Shown here piece by piece: positions 9,141 to 18,475 of a stretch of DNA of 64,000 nt. The stretch comes from an uncultured Enterobacteriaceae bacterium (lineage in GTDB: Bacteria; Desulfobacterota; Binatia; Bin18): positions 3,371-67,370 of the forward strand of contig CAZBUD010000009.1 in NCBI GenBank assembly GCA_964495015.1, in the 5' to 3' direction. How positions within the stretch are numbered: position 1 is the stretch's first letter; every line of letters begins with the position of its first letter. The position numbers and the translations under genes were made by a program. A model generated the notes under the pieces. That model had not been told where the DNA came from. It saw nothing but the letters and a program-made list of their open reading frames with translations, and ran no database searches.

Positions 9141-9824
9141 ATGGGAATTTTTACACGAGTCCGCGACATCATTAGTGCGAATCTCAACGCCATGCTGGAT
9201 AAAGCCGAAGATCCAGAGAAACTCATTCGACTCATGATTAAGGAGATGGAGGATACCCTCGTTGAGATCAAGGCCTCGTGTGCCGGAGTTATGGCCGCGA
9301 AAAAGAAAATCCAGCGAGACTGCACGACGGTCGAAACGCGGGTGACGCTATGGGACGAGAAGGCCCAACTTGCTGTGGACAGGGACCGCGAAGACCTTGC
9401 GCGCGAGGCACTTGTGGAAAAGCGGCGCTATGCCGAACGCGCTGCCAGCCTCCGAAAAGAATTGGCCGAGTGCGAGGGGTTGGTGAACCAATACCAGGAA
9501 GACCTTGCTCAACTCGAGGATAAGCTCGGGGCCGTACGCGAGAAGCAGCGCTTGCTCGTCCAGCGTCATATTCATGCCCACAAGCGCAAGCGGGCTCAGG
9601 ACGAGTTGCGTCGGCTCGATAGCTCGGATGCCTTTATACGGTTTGAACAATTTGAAAATCGAATCGAACGCATGGAGTCTGAAGCGGATTTGGTGAATCC
9701 CATTCGTCAACACTCCCTTGACGAGGAGTTTGCTCGTCTAGAAGGCGATGAGGACATCGAAAAAGAGTTGGAAGCCCTCAAAGTCGCTGTCACAAAAAAG
9801 ACCGGCGATATATCGCAGATATAA
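9141..9824 (+). CDS. pspA: Phage shock protein A
   Basis: MGIFTRVRDIISANLNAMLDKAEDPEKLIRLMIKEMEDTLVE; coiled-coil throughout. Confidence 0.95.
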   Translation: MGIFTRVRDIISANLNAMLDKAEDPEKLIRLMIKEMEDTLVEIKASCAGVMAAKKKIQRDCTTVETRVTLWDEKAQLAVDRDREDLAREALVEKRRYAERAASLRKELAECEGLVNQYQEDLAQLEDKLGAVREKQRLLVQRHIHAHKRKRAQDELRRLDSSDAFIRFEQFENRIERMESEADLVNPIRQHSLDEEFARLEGDEDIEKELEALKVAVTKKTGDISQI

Positions 9825-9865
9825 AGACGCACCAAGAGTGCATTATTATGGAGTGAATCTACGTT

Positions 9866-10126
9866 ATGGATGCTCAAATAGGCGCCGGGGTACTCGCAAT
9901 TATACTTATCTTTGGCTCTTTTTTTGTCGCTGTGATCGGCGGACTGGCGCTTGCGGGTTGGGCGATATGGAGAAAAACTGCGCCTAAACAGGGACACCTT
10001 GCGCAGGCTGACGAAGCGCAAATGATCCAAGAGTTGTATCAGGGCTTATTGCGGATGGAAGAGCGAGTGGAGACATTAGAAAGCCTGTTACTTGACCAAG
10101 AAAGAAAAGGGAAAGGGAGCCAATGA
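9866..10126 (+). CDS. pspB: Phage shock protein B-like membrane protein
   Basis: N-terminal TM helix and MEERVETLESLL motif, located between pspA and pspC. Confidence 0.75.
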   Translation: MDAQIGAGVLAIILIFGSFFVAVIGGLALAGWAIWRKTAPKQGHLAQADEAQMIQELYQGLLRMEERVETLESLLLDQERKGKGSQ

Positions 10127-10503
10127 CTTCGGTAGAACGTCCAGCAGGTTTATATCGATCCCGAGACGGCATGATTCTCGGTGTGTGTAAGGGCAGCGCC
10201 GACTATCTCGATTTTTCGCTCTTTTGGACGCGTATGCTTGCCGTCCTGTTCTTTATCTTTTCCGGCTTCTGGCCTATCGGCGGTCTCTATCTGCTTGCCG
10301 CTCTGGTCATGAAACCTAAGCCTGTCGTGCCGTTTGAAAGTACGGGTGAACGAGAATTTTATGACGCCTACGTTAATTCTCGCGGGCTCGCTCTGCATCG
10401 TTTGAAACGTACCTTTGATAATCTTGATCGTCGTATCCGACGCATGGAAGATGCGGTGACCAATCGCGAGTACGATTGGGAGCAGCGTTTGCACAAGTCA
10501 TAA
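10123..10503 (+). CDS. pspC: Phage shock protein C
   Basis: LYRSRDGMILGVCKG...RML PspC domain and RIRRMEDAVT tail; ATGA overlap with pspB. Confidence 0.9.
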   Translation: MTSVERPAGLYRSRDGMILGVCKGSADYLDFSLFWTRMLAVLFFIFSGFWPIGGLYLLAALVMKPKPVVPFESTGEREFYDAYVNSRGLALHRLKRTFDNLDRRIRRMEDAVTNREYDWEQRLHKS

Positions 10504-10604
10504 GCCCACCGGAAAAGCATAGGCTCCGCCACCCTTCACATACCTCCGTCTTGTCCCTTCGACCGAATGACTATTTTCGCAGGTCTGACCCAACGAGGAC
10601 CGTC

Positions 10605-10624
10605 CTTCCCGTGTAGACGGGAAT
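10605..10624. repeat. Short palindrome of (A/C)TTCCC-N8-GGGAAT form
   Basis: CTTCCC GTGTAGAC GGGAAT, intergenic; same geometry as dRS3-type repeats. Confidence 0.4.
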
Positions 10625-10731
10625 CCGAGGGCCAGCCCAGCTCCCTCCGGTAGCAGAGCGATCAAATGCCAGGTAAATAGTGCGGAAGGGCAAAAGAGGT
10701 CGTTGCCCTGTCGAGCATAAGGAGGGGGATC

Positions 10732-12675
10732 ATGACACTTCGACGCAGCACGACGTTCGCTTGCAGGCGGAAAGCTGGCTGGACAACAGTCGGACTAACC
10801 ACATTAGTCACGCTTGCCATAATTCTTACTGGCTTCATATGCACCCCAAGTTGGGCAATGACACCAACGGGGCAGAAGCCTGATGGCCAAGCGCTGTATG
10901 AGAGCCACTGCGCCAAATGCCACGGCGGGAAATCCACCCGCGCCGCGCGGCTTGAGATTTTACACCGATTGCCTGCCGAGTTTATATTACATTCGTTGGA
11001 ACTCGGGAAAATGAAATTCCAAGGCGTCATACGTAGCAACGAAGAGCGCCGGGCCATTTCTGAATGGGTGACAGGTAAGAAACTCAAACCGGAATCCGCG
11101 ACGGATGAAACCGTAGCCGGATTTTGTGCAGGCGCCCCGGGCGAGTTCTCGGTCGAAGAAGGTGCTCCGCAATGGAACGGCTGGGGCGTGGATGCGGTGA
11201 ACAGCCGGTTTCAGCCTACGAAACACGCCGGTATCAGCGCGGATCAAGTGCCAAAGCTGAAAGTGAAATGGGTCTTTGGCTTGCCCATGGACTACCAAAC
11301 CTCACAGCCGACAGTTGTTGGTGGACGAGTCTTTGTCGGCACTATGAAGGGCCGAGTCTATTCGATTGATGCCAAGACCGGCTGTCTGTACTGGTCGATG
11401 AAACCAAAATCAGGCGTTCGCTCGACTTTGGTCATCGGCCAACTACCCGGCTCAAATCCGCCCCGATATGTTGTCTATTTTGGAGATTCAGAGGCTCGGA
11501 TGTATGCTCTAGACGCCGGAACGGGAAGAGAGCTGTGGCAGACGCGCGTTGACGATCATCCTATGGCGCGTATTACCGGCACGCCCAAGCTGCACGGCAA
11601 TCGTTTGTATGTCCCGATTACGGCGTTAGAGGAAGCGGCTGGGGCGGATGCGGATTATGAGTGTTGTACCTTCCGTGGCACGCTCGTGGCCATGAACCCA
11701 ATTAACGGTAAGACGGTTTGGACGACGTATACCATTCCAGATGCCCCAGCCCCGTTTCGAAAAAATAGAGTTGGCACGCAACTCTGGGGGCCGTCAGGCG
11801 CGTCAGTCTGGTCATCTCCGACGCTCGACCTTGAACGTGGCAGAATGTATGTCACGACAGGTGATAACTATTCTGACCCGGCCTCGCTTACAAGCGATGC
11901 CATGATGGCCTTTGATCTGCGGACCGGGAAATTCCTGTGGTCGCAGCAATTCACACCGAATGATGCTTTTAATATCGGTTGCGAGACTGCGGATGACACA
12001 AACTGCCCGGAAGCCGATGGCCCGGATTTGGACTTTGGCTCTTCATCAATTCTCGCCAAGCTGCCGAATGGCAAACGTATTTTGCTTGCGGGTCAGAAGT
12101 CCGGGGTGGTACATGCCGTTGATCCTGATCGTGACGGTGAGATCCTGTGGCAACAGCGCATCGGAAAGGGCGGCCTGATCGGTGGAATCCAATGGGGCCC
12201 GGCTGCTGATGCAAAGACGCTCTATGTTGCCTTATCAGACATTGGCGTGGAGACCCACAAAGATGAAGATTTGGGCTGGACGACCACGCTGAACACCAGC
12301 GTTGGCGGGGGGATGTTTGCGTATGACATCGAAACGGGTGAGCAGAAATGGTATACACCGCCCCCCGGCTGTGGTGATCGTAAAGCGTGCAGCCCGGCCC
12401 AGTCGGCGGCAATCTCCGTCATCCCTGGGGTGGTCTTCTCTGGTTCGGTGGACGGCCATTTGCGCGCCTACTCAACATCGGATGGGACGGTGGTATGGGA
12501 TTATAACGCGGACCAAGAATATGAGAGCACGAATGGGATAAAGACAAGAGGAGGCTCGTTTGACGGTCCAGGTCCCACGATTGTCGACGGGATGGTGTAC
12601 GTGAATTCCGGGTATGGCTATTGGGGCGGCATGCCGGGCAATGCGCTTATGGCTTTCTCGGTGGATGAAGAATAG
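10732..12675 (+). CDS. Secreted quinohemoprotein dehydrogenase (N-terminal cytochrome c + PQQ beta-propeller; PVA dehydrogenase/lupanine hydroxylase-like), copy 1
   Basis: Signal peptide, CAKCH heme motif, W-docking PQQ repeats, YECCTFRG vicinal Cys pair, GPDLDFGSS; strong RBS. Confidence 0.88.
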   Translation: MTLRRSTTFACRRKAGWTTVGLTTLVTLAIILTGFICTPSWAMTPTGQKPDGQALYESHCAKCHGGKSTRAARLEILHRLPAEFILHSLELGKMKFQGVIRSNEERRAISEWVTGKKLKPESATDETVAGFCAGAPGEFSVEEGAPQWNGWGVDAVNSRFQPTKHAGISADQVPKLKVKWVFGLPMDYQTSQPTVVGGRVFVGTMKGRVYSIDAKTGCLYWSMKPKSGVRSTLVIGQLPGSNPPRYVVYFGDSEARMYALDAGTGRELWQTRVDDHPMARITGTPKLHGNRLYVPITALEEAAGADADYECCTFRGTLVAMNPINGKTVWTTYTIPDAPAPFRKNRVGTQLWGPSGASVWSSPTLDLERGRMYVTTGDNYSDPASLTSDAMMAFDLRTGKFLWSQQFTPNDAFNIGCETADDTNCPEADGPDLDFGSSSILAKLPNGKRILLAGQKSGVVHAVDPDRDGEILWQQRIGKGGLIGGIQWGPAADAKTLYVALSDIGVETHKDEDLGWTTTLNTSVGGGMFAYDIETGEQKWYTPPPGCGDRKACSPAQSAAISVIPGVVFSGSVDGHLRAYSTSDGTVVWDYNADQEYESTNGIKTRGGSFDGPGPTIVDGMVYVNSGYGYWGGMPGNALMAFSVDEE

Positions 12676-12679
12676 TAAA

Positions 12680-12756
12680 GAGGGTGGGTGGGTCTTTCAG
12701 ACCCACCAGCTTTCAGTGGGTGACGCTTCGCTCCCACCCACCCGACGAAATAAGGA
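12680..12756. repeat. REP doublet (BIME-like) between copies 1 and 2
   Basis: GGTGGGTCTTTCAGACCCACC hairpin followed by GTGGGTGACGCTTCGCTCCCACCCACCCGACGAAA. Confidence 0.65.
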
Positions 12757-12765
12757 GGGACTGCC

Positions 12766-14682
12766 ATGGTCGTGACAGATAAGACTCATTTGAAAAGACG
12801 AGTGATAACCTCGTGGCTCACCGGAGGATGGTGCTTTGCCCTGCTAGGCTTTTTTATCCCAACGAGTTGGGCAATGGGGCCGGGAGTTACAAAGGCAGTG
12901 GACGGGGAGAAACTCTATAACCAGTATTGCGAGCAGTGTCATGAAGGCCAGGTCACACGTGCACCGCACCGTGACGTGCTGTCAAAACTGCCCGCAAATT
13001 TGGTGCTCCACTCACTCAGTGTTGGCAAGATGCGGATGCAAGGCTGGACGCGGACGATTGAGGAGCGCCGCGCCATGTCTGAATGGATCACCGGCAAGAA
13101 AATCAAGGAAACAGATGAGACCGTTGGCGGATTTTGTGCCGACGCGCCAGGCGAGTTTTCTGTTGCAGACGGCGCTCCGCAGTGGAACGGCTGGGGTGTA
13201 GACAACACAAATAGTCGCTTCCAGTCGGCCGAGAATGCTGGGATACCAGCCGACAAGGTACAGAATCTCAAAGTTAAATGGGTGTTTGGGTTGCCTATGG
13301 ATTTTCGTGCCTCTCAGCCTACGGTTGTTGGCGGTCGCGTCTTTGTCGGTTCACTGCAGGGTCGTATTTATTCGCTCGATGCCAAAACTGGTTGCTTGTA
13401 CTGGTCGGTGAAAACGGACGGCGGGGTGCGCTCGACCATGGTAGTTGATAGCCTACCAGGAACGAGCCCGTCCCGATTTGTTGTTTACGTGGGAGATGCC
13501 GCAGCAAATGTGTATGCGCTGGATGCACGCACCGGCAAAGAACTGTGGAAAGTAGACATTGATGATCACCCCCTAGCAACGATTACTGGCACGCCCAAAA
13601 CGCTCGGCAATCGGTTATACGTGTCCACCACAGCTCTTGAAGAACTTGCCGGCGCAGACCCCAGCTACGAATGCTGCACGTTTCGCGGCAAGATGATGGC
13701 CCTCAACCGCTTTAACGGTAAGCTGGTGTGGCGCGGGTATACGCTGGATGCTGCCAAACCAATCCGCAAGAATGCGATTGGCGTGCAGCTGTGGGGACCA
13801 TCTGGTGCGTCGATCTGGTCGTCGCCCGCGCTCGATCCGGAACGCGGCAGAATGTACGTGACCACGGGCGACAATTACTCGGACCCCGCTTCCTTGACGA
13901 GCGATGCGGTGGTGGCCTTTGATCTGCGGACAGGAGAATTCTTATGGGCCAAGCAATTCACGGCGGGCGATGCCTGGAATGCAGGCTGTGAGCTGCAGGA
14001 CGATACCAATTGTCCCGAAGCACGCGGTCCCGACTTGGATTTTGCCTCTTCGCCCATCCTGCGTATCTTACCCGATGGTAGACGGGTCATTCTGGCGGGA
14101 CAAAAGTCGGGCATGTTGCACGCCATTGACCCGGATCGGGAGGGGGAAATTCTGTGGCAGCAGCGGGTTGGGAAAGGCGGCCTCATCGGCGGTATCCAGT
14201 GGGGCTCGGCAGTGGATGCCAAACAGATCTATGTGGCTTTGTCCGATATTGGGGTCACTACGGTAAAGAATTCCGACATCGGCTTTGACACCACACTCGA
14301 CAGTAGTGTTGGCGGGGGCATGTTTGCGTATGACATCGAGACGGGGGAGCGCAAATGGTATATCCCACCGCCCGGCTGCGGCGACCGTAAACAGTGCAGT
14401 CCGGCGCAGTCTGCTGCAGTGTCGGTGATCCCCGGGGTTGTGTTCTCGGGATCTGTAGACGGCCATCTCCGTGGTTATACGACACGTAGTGGCGAGGTGG
14501 TGTGGGACTACAACGCGGACCAGGAATATGAAAGCACCAACGGTGTCAAGGCGCGTGGTGGCTCGTTCGACGGTCCGGGACCGACCATTGTCGATGGTAT
14601 GGTTTATGTGAATTCGGGCTATGGTTTTGGGGGTGGAATGGGAGGAAATGCCTTGATCGCTTTTTCCGTGAATGGCGAATAA
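12766..14682 (+). CDS. Secreted cytochrome c + PQQ quinohemoprotein dehydrogenase, copy 2
   Basis: Signal peptide, CEQCH, YECCTFRG, GPDLDFASS; colinear paralog of copy 1. Confidence 0.88.
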   Translation: MVVTDKTHLKRRVITSWLTGGWCFALLGFFIPTSWAMGPGVTKAVDGEKLYNQYCEQCHEGQVTRAPHRDVLSKLPANLVLHSLSVGKMRMQGWTRTIEERRAMSEWITGKKIKETDETVGGFCADAPGEFSVADGAPQWNGWGVDNTNSRFQSAENAGIPADKVQNLKVKWVFGLPMDFRASQPTVVGGRVFVGSLQGRIYSLDAKTGCLYWSVKTDGGVRSTMVVDSLPGTSPSRFVVYVGDAAANVYALDARTGKELWKVDIDDHPLATITGTPKTLGNRLYVSTTALEELAGADPSYECCTFRGKMMALNRFNGKLVWRGYTLDAAKPIRKNAIGVQLWGPSGASIWSSPALDPERGRMYVTTGDNYSDPASLTSDAVVAFDLRTGEFLWAKQFTAGDAWNAGCELQDDTNCPEARGPDLDFASSPILRILPDGRRVILAGQKSGMLHAIDPDREGEILWQQRVGKGGLIGGIQWGSAVDAKQIYVALSDIGVTTVKNSDIGFDTTLDSSVGGGMFAYDIETGERKWYIPPPGCGDRKQCSPAQSAAVSVIPGVVFSGSVDGHLRGYTTRSGEVVWDYNADQEYESTNGVKARGGSFDGPGPTIVDGMVYVNSGYGFGGGMGGNALIAFSVNGE

Positions 14683-14697
14683 TCATCTTTTTAGGTT

Positions 14698-14805
14698 GTA
14701 TGGGTAGGTCTCGTACCTACCCGTCTCAATTCTGAGGTAGGGAGGGTCCTGCAGACCCACCTTTATTCGGCGGGTGACGCTCTGCTTCCACCCACCCTGC
14801 GAAAC
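14698..14805. repeat. REP cluster between copies 2 and 3, homologous to 12680-12756
   Basis: GGGTAGGTCTCGTACCTACCC hairpin, then GGTAGGGAGGGTCCTGCAGACCCACC and GGGTGACGCTCTGCTTCCACCCACCCTGCGAAA. Confidence 0.65.
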
Positions 14806-14825
14806 GTCCGCTAAGGAGGTACTCC

Positions 14826-16748
14826 ATGTTCGTAAGAGATTGGGCTTGGCCTAAAAGAAAAGCTGCGAGAACAGTGCTTGGCGCGTTGTGCTTTGTGTTA
14901 GTGGGCTTGATTGTTCCGTCCGGCTGGGCCTTTTCGCCCACGAATGGGGGCGCTGACGGTGAGATGCTCTACAAAGAAAACTGCGCGCGCTGTCACGAGG
15001 GCCAAGTCAAACGCGCCCCGCATCGTCAAGTCATTCAGCGCCTGCCGGCCGATATGGTCCTGCATTCTTTGGAACTCGGCAAGATGAAGTTCCAAGGCAT
15101 GACGCGGACCACTGCGGAGCGTCGAGCCGTGTCCGAATGGATCACGGGCAAGAAGTTAAAACCGGCCTCGGCCACGGATGAAACTGTTGCTGGGTTTTGT
15201 CCTGACGCGCCGGGTGAGTTCTCCATTGAAGCAGGTGCCCCAGCGTGGAATGGCTGGGGAGTCAATAACTTCAACTCCCGTTTCCAAACTGCTGCTGATG
15301 CAGGCGTGAGTCCAGACCAAGTGCCCAACCTCAAGGTCAAATGGGTCTTTGGTTTGCCTATGGATTTCCAAACCTCGCAGCCGACGGTGATTGGTGGCCG
15401 GATTTTCGTGGGGACTATGAAGGGCCGTGTGTATTCCCTTAATGCCAAAAGCGGCTGCCTGCACTGGTCTGTCAAAACGAAGGCCGGAGTCCGCTCAACG
15501 ATGGTTGTGGATACGCTGCCCGGCACCAGCCCGGCTCGCTATGTCGTCTACGTGGGTGACGTTGAGGCCAACCTGTATGCGCTGGATGCGCAAACGGGTA
15601 AGGAGCTATGGCAAGTTAAAATTGACGACCATCCCTTGGCTCGGATCACCGCAACGCCAAAAACGCACGGCAATCGGATCTATGTCTCTGCTACTACATT
15701 CGAAGAAGTCGCGGGCGGAGATCAGCATTATGAGTGCTGCACGTTTCGTGGTTCAGTGCTGGCCCTCAATCGGTTCAATGGCAAACAAGTGTGGAAGGCG
15801 TATACCATTCCAGATCCACCCGCTCCGGTCCGTAAGAATAAGTTTGGAGTTCAGCTGTGGGGACCGTCGGGAGCCTCGGTTTGGTCCTCACCGGCCCTCG
15901 ATCTTGAACGCGGCAGAATATACGTCACCACCGGCGATAACTATTCTGATCCAGCGTCGCTTACCAGTGACGCAGTTATGGCCTTTGATCTGCGGACCGG
16001 GAAGTTTTTGTGGTCCAAACAGTTCACGCCGAACGATGCCTGGAATGTCGGTTGTGAGACGGACGACGATGCCAACTGTCCGGAGGCGCGTGGTCCGGAC
16101 CTCGACTTTGCGTCATCGCCCATCCTGCACGTTTTACCCAATGGCAGACGTATCATTCTCGCAGGACAGAAGTCTGGGGTGATGCATGCCATAGATCCGG
16201 ATCGTGATGGCGAGATTCTCTGGCAACATCGGGTTGGCAAGGGGGGACTAGCGGGGGGGATACAGTGGGGCTCGGCCGCTGATGCTAAACAGGTCTATGT
16301 CGCTCTGTCCGATATTGGCCTCAAGACTGTAGAGAACTCAGATGCGGGCTGGGCCACGACCCTGGATGGCAGTGTGGGTGGCGGCATGTTTGCCATAGGG
16401 ATTGAGACTGGCGAGCGCAACTGGCATGTGCCACCTGTGGGGTGCGGAGATAAGCCTCAATGCAGTCCGGCCCAATCGGCGGCGGTAACCGCCATTCCGG
16501 GGGTTGTCTTTTCCGGCTCGGAAGACGGCCATTTGCGTGGCTATGCCACTGGTACCGGCGAAGTCGTGTGGGATTACGATGCCGATCAGGAATATGAAAG
16601 CATCAATGGCATTAAGACGAAGGGCGGCTCGTTCGATGGTCCGGGACCAACGATTGTAGACGGTATGATGTATGTCAATTCTGGCTACGGTTTTTGGGGA
16701 GGAATGTCGGGGAACGCGTTGATCGCATTCTCGGTGAATGGCGAGTAA
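14826..16748 (+). CDS. Secreted cytochrome c + PQQ quinohemoprotein dehydrogenase, copy 3
   Basis: Signal peptide, CARCH, YECCTFRG, GPDLDFASS; colinear paralog. Confidence 0.88.
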   Translation: MFVRDWAWPKRKAARTVLGALCFVLVGLIVPSGWAFSPTNGGADGEMLYKENCARCHEGQVKRAPHRQVIQRLPADMVLHSLELGKMKFQGMTRTTAERRAVSEWITGKKLKPASATDETVAGFCPDAPGEFSIEAGAPAWNGWGVNNFNSRFQTAADAGVSPDQVPNLKVKWVFGLPMDFQTSQPTVIGGRIFVGTMKGRVYSLNAKSGCLHWSVKTKAGVRSTMVVDTLPGTSPARYVVYVGDVEANLYALDAQTGKELWQVKIDDHPLARITATPKTHGNRIYVSATTFEEVAGGDQHYECCTFRGSVLALNRFNGKQVWKAYTIPDPPAPVRKNKFGVQLWGPSGASVWSSPALDLERGRIYVTTGDNYSDPASLTSDAVMAFDLRTGKFLWSKQFTPNDAWNVGCETDDDANCPEARGPDLDFASSPILHVLPNGRRIILAGQKSGVMHAIDPDRDGEILWQHRVGKGGLAGGIQWGSAADAKQVYVALSDIGLKTVENSDAGWATTLDGSVGGGMFAIGIETGERNWHVPPVGCGDKPQCSPAQSAAVTAIPGVVFSGSEDGHLRGYATGTGEVVWDYDADQEYESINGIKTKGGSFDGPGPTIVDGMMYVNSGYGFWGGMSGNALIAFSVNGE

Positions 16749-16769
16749 GTTTCTGGCCTGAATATCCTC

Positions 16770-16800
16770 GTAGGGGCGACCGGCGGGTCGCCCCTTTTTG
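16770..16800 (+). terminator. REP-derived hairpin with T-tract; likely terminator of the dehydrogenase array
   Basis: GT-AGGGGCGACC-GGCG-GGTCGCCCCT-TTTTG, a perfect 10-bp stem. Confidence 0.7.
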
Positions 16801-16892
16801 TTGCGGCAACATTGAATTTTATATATCTGCCTCTGAGTCCGTGCGCGGTCTTCCTTCTGGGGCATGCTCTGGCTTATTGTCCTGTCCTGCTC

Positions 16893-17531
16893 TCACGGTA
16901 CCGGAAGCGTGGCTAATTCAGTCGCAAGGTCAGCCGAAAGCTGCTGAAGAATCTCTTGAAGATTCCTACTCATGGCCTCCGCCACGGCAGCTGGGTTGCG
17001 CTGGGTTGCTTGCTGGGTTGCGGTATAGGTCTCAAACCAAAATGGGGACGCATTGCGAGAGCGGCTGAGCCAGACGTCGATGGTCAGGACTGCCTGCCAA
17101 GACAGTGCCTGATCTATCTCCTCACACTGACGTACGACGCCCCCGAGCCGCATATCGGCCGGGGCATCCGGAGTCGGATAGACCGTGCTGAAGAGGTGGG
17201 ATTGCTGCAACGCGCGGCGTGTCAGCGTTGTCACCATGTCGGCGGGCTTCGAGACCCAGCGATGGTAATGGTAGAAATCTACCTGGTAGGGCGAGGAGCG
17301 ATAGACAATGCGATCTCGGTTATACGGTTGGTGGGCGGTAAACGGTCTCACAACCAACGAGGCTGGCGAAGTTGGTGACGCTGTGGTCTGCGCTGTAGGA
17401 GCTGAGCCGGTGGTGCGAGAGGGAAGAGACAGCGCGTAATAGTGGACCTCTTGCTTTGATTGCGCGATGCCACACCCAGCGAGGAGCATGCTCCAGAGAC
17501 TAAGGCAGAACAAGAGCTTGGTGTATGTCAT
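16893..17531 (-). CDS. PqiC-like ABC transport auxiliary lipoprotein
   Basis: Lipobox LAGC, HYYAL, RIVYR...YHYHRW; last gene of an MCE operon. Confidence 0.8.
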   Translation of the reverse strand: MTYTKLLFCLSLWSMLLAGCGIAQSKQEVHYYALSLPSRTTGSAPTAQTTASPTSPASLVVRPFTAHQPYNRDRIVYRSSPYQVDFYHYHRWVSKPADMVTTLTRRALQQSHLFSTVYPTPDAPADMRLGGVVRQCEEIDQALSWQAVLTIDVWLSRSRNASPFWFETYTATQQATQRNPAAVAEAMSRNLQEILQQLSADLATELATLPVP

Positions 17532-18475
17532 GGGTCAGGAATTTCTTTGGCTGAAACCGTTGTCCCCCAAACAATAGAAGACGGGTCATTGCGCAAGGAT
17601 GCACTCAGCTCCCTCAGTTCTTGTGAGGTATTCGATAAGTTCACCAGGAGTTGACCTACTTCTTGACGATTGTCAACAACAACGTCGTCGAGGTGGCCAG
17701 TCAGCTGGCGTACCTCATTGGCCAGCTGCGCCGTCACGGCCGCGGTCTTTCGCATCTGGTCCATTATGGCCTTGCCATCGTCATACAGATCTCCACGTAT
17801 GGTGTTAATCGCATCTGTTGCATTTTTGATCCCAACTGCTGCTTGAGCCAGGTTGTCAACCATCTCTCGTAAAGCCGTTCGCGTTTCGGGGGTTGAGACT
17901 TCATCCAGCGAGGTACGCAGGTCTTCTGCCAAGAGCGATATATTGCGCAGAAAGTTGGTGACAGCGGTCAGATTCTGCTGGCTCAAAACGCCTTGTTCAA
18001 TACGCGCGAGTGTATCAAGCAGGCGTTCCGCGATGGCGCCCGCGCGATCTTGGAACTCTTCCAGCCCACCGCGTTCGACTAGAATTTTTTCACCTGTTTC
18101 TAAACGAGGCGCGGCCCTCGATCCGCCCGTCAATTCGATATAGCGAATGCCGGTCACAAATGAGCCTATGAGATGCGCGGTCGTATCTTGGCGGATGCGG
18201 GTGCCCGGCTGTAGCGCAATCATCACCTCAGCTAGGGGGGGAGTGTCATGGGTAAGCCTGATGGCTTCGACTTTGCCGACGGTGACACCTTGATACTCCA
18301 CCACCGCGCCAGGCAAGAGGCCACTGACTGATTCTTCAAACAAGATGGCATAGTTATCGACCGACTGAAAAAAACGTGAGCCTGCCAGCCACAGCAGCGC
18401 GCCGCTAAACAGAAAGAAGCTGAGCGTAACAAACAGGCCGACCTTAAGCCGATTCTGTCCCATGCTGTTCTCCAT
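17528..18475 (-). CDS. MlaD/MCE-domain protein with helical extension (start may be the ATG at 18463)
   Basis: KVGLFV TM anchor, ESVSGLLPGAVVEYQGVTVGKV MCE motif, NDPSSIVWG tail. Confidence 0.88.
   Translation of the reverse strand: MENSMGQNRLKVGLFVTLSFFLFSGALLWLAGSRFFQSVDNYAILFEESVSGLLPGAVVEYQGVTVGKVEAIRLTHDTPPLAEVMIALQPGTRIRQDTTAHLIGSFVTGIRYIELTGGSRAAPRLETGEKILVERGGLEEFQDRAGAIAERLLDTLARIEQGVLSQQNLTAVTNFLRNISLLAEDLRTSLDEVSTPETRTALREMVDNLAQAAVGIKNATDAINTIRGDLYDDGKAIMDQMRKTAAVTAQLANEVRQLTGHLDDVVVDNRQEVGQLLVNLSNTSQELRELSASLRNDPSSIVWGTTVSAKEIPDP

Noticed and set aside
10684-10712. c-di-GMP-I riboswitch (AGGGCAAA) upstream of the dehydrogenase array
   Set aside because: It forms only a simple AGGGCAA/TTGCCCT hairpin; the GNRA tetraloop/receptor and second stem are absent.
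10732-16748. Lanthanide-dependent PQQ enzymes
   Set aside because: The residue two positions after the putative catalytic Asp is Gly or Ala (DLDFG, DLDFA), not the extra Asp diagnostic of XoxF/ExaF-type enzymes. This is a motif-level comparison only.
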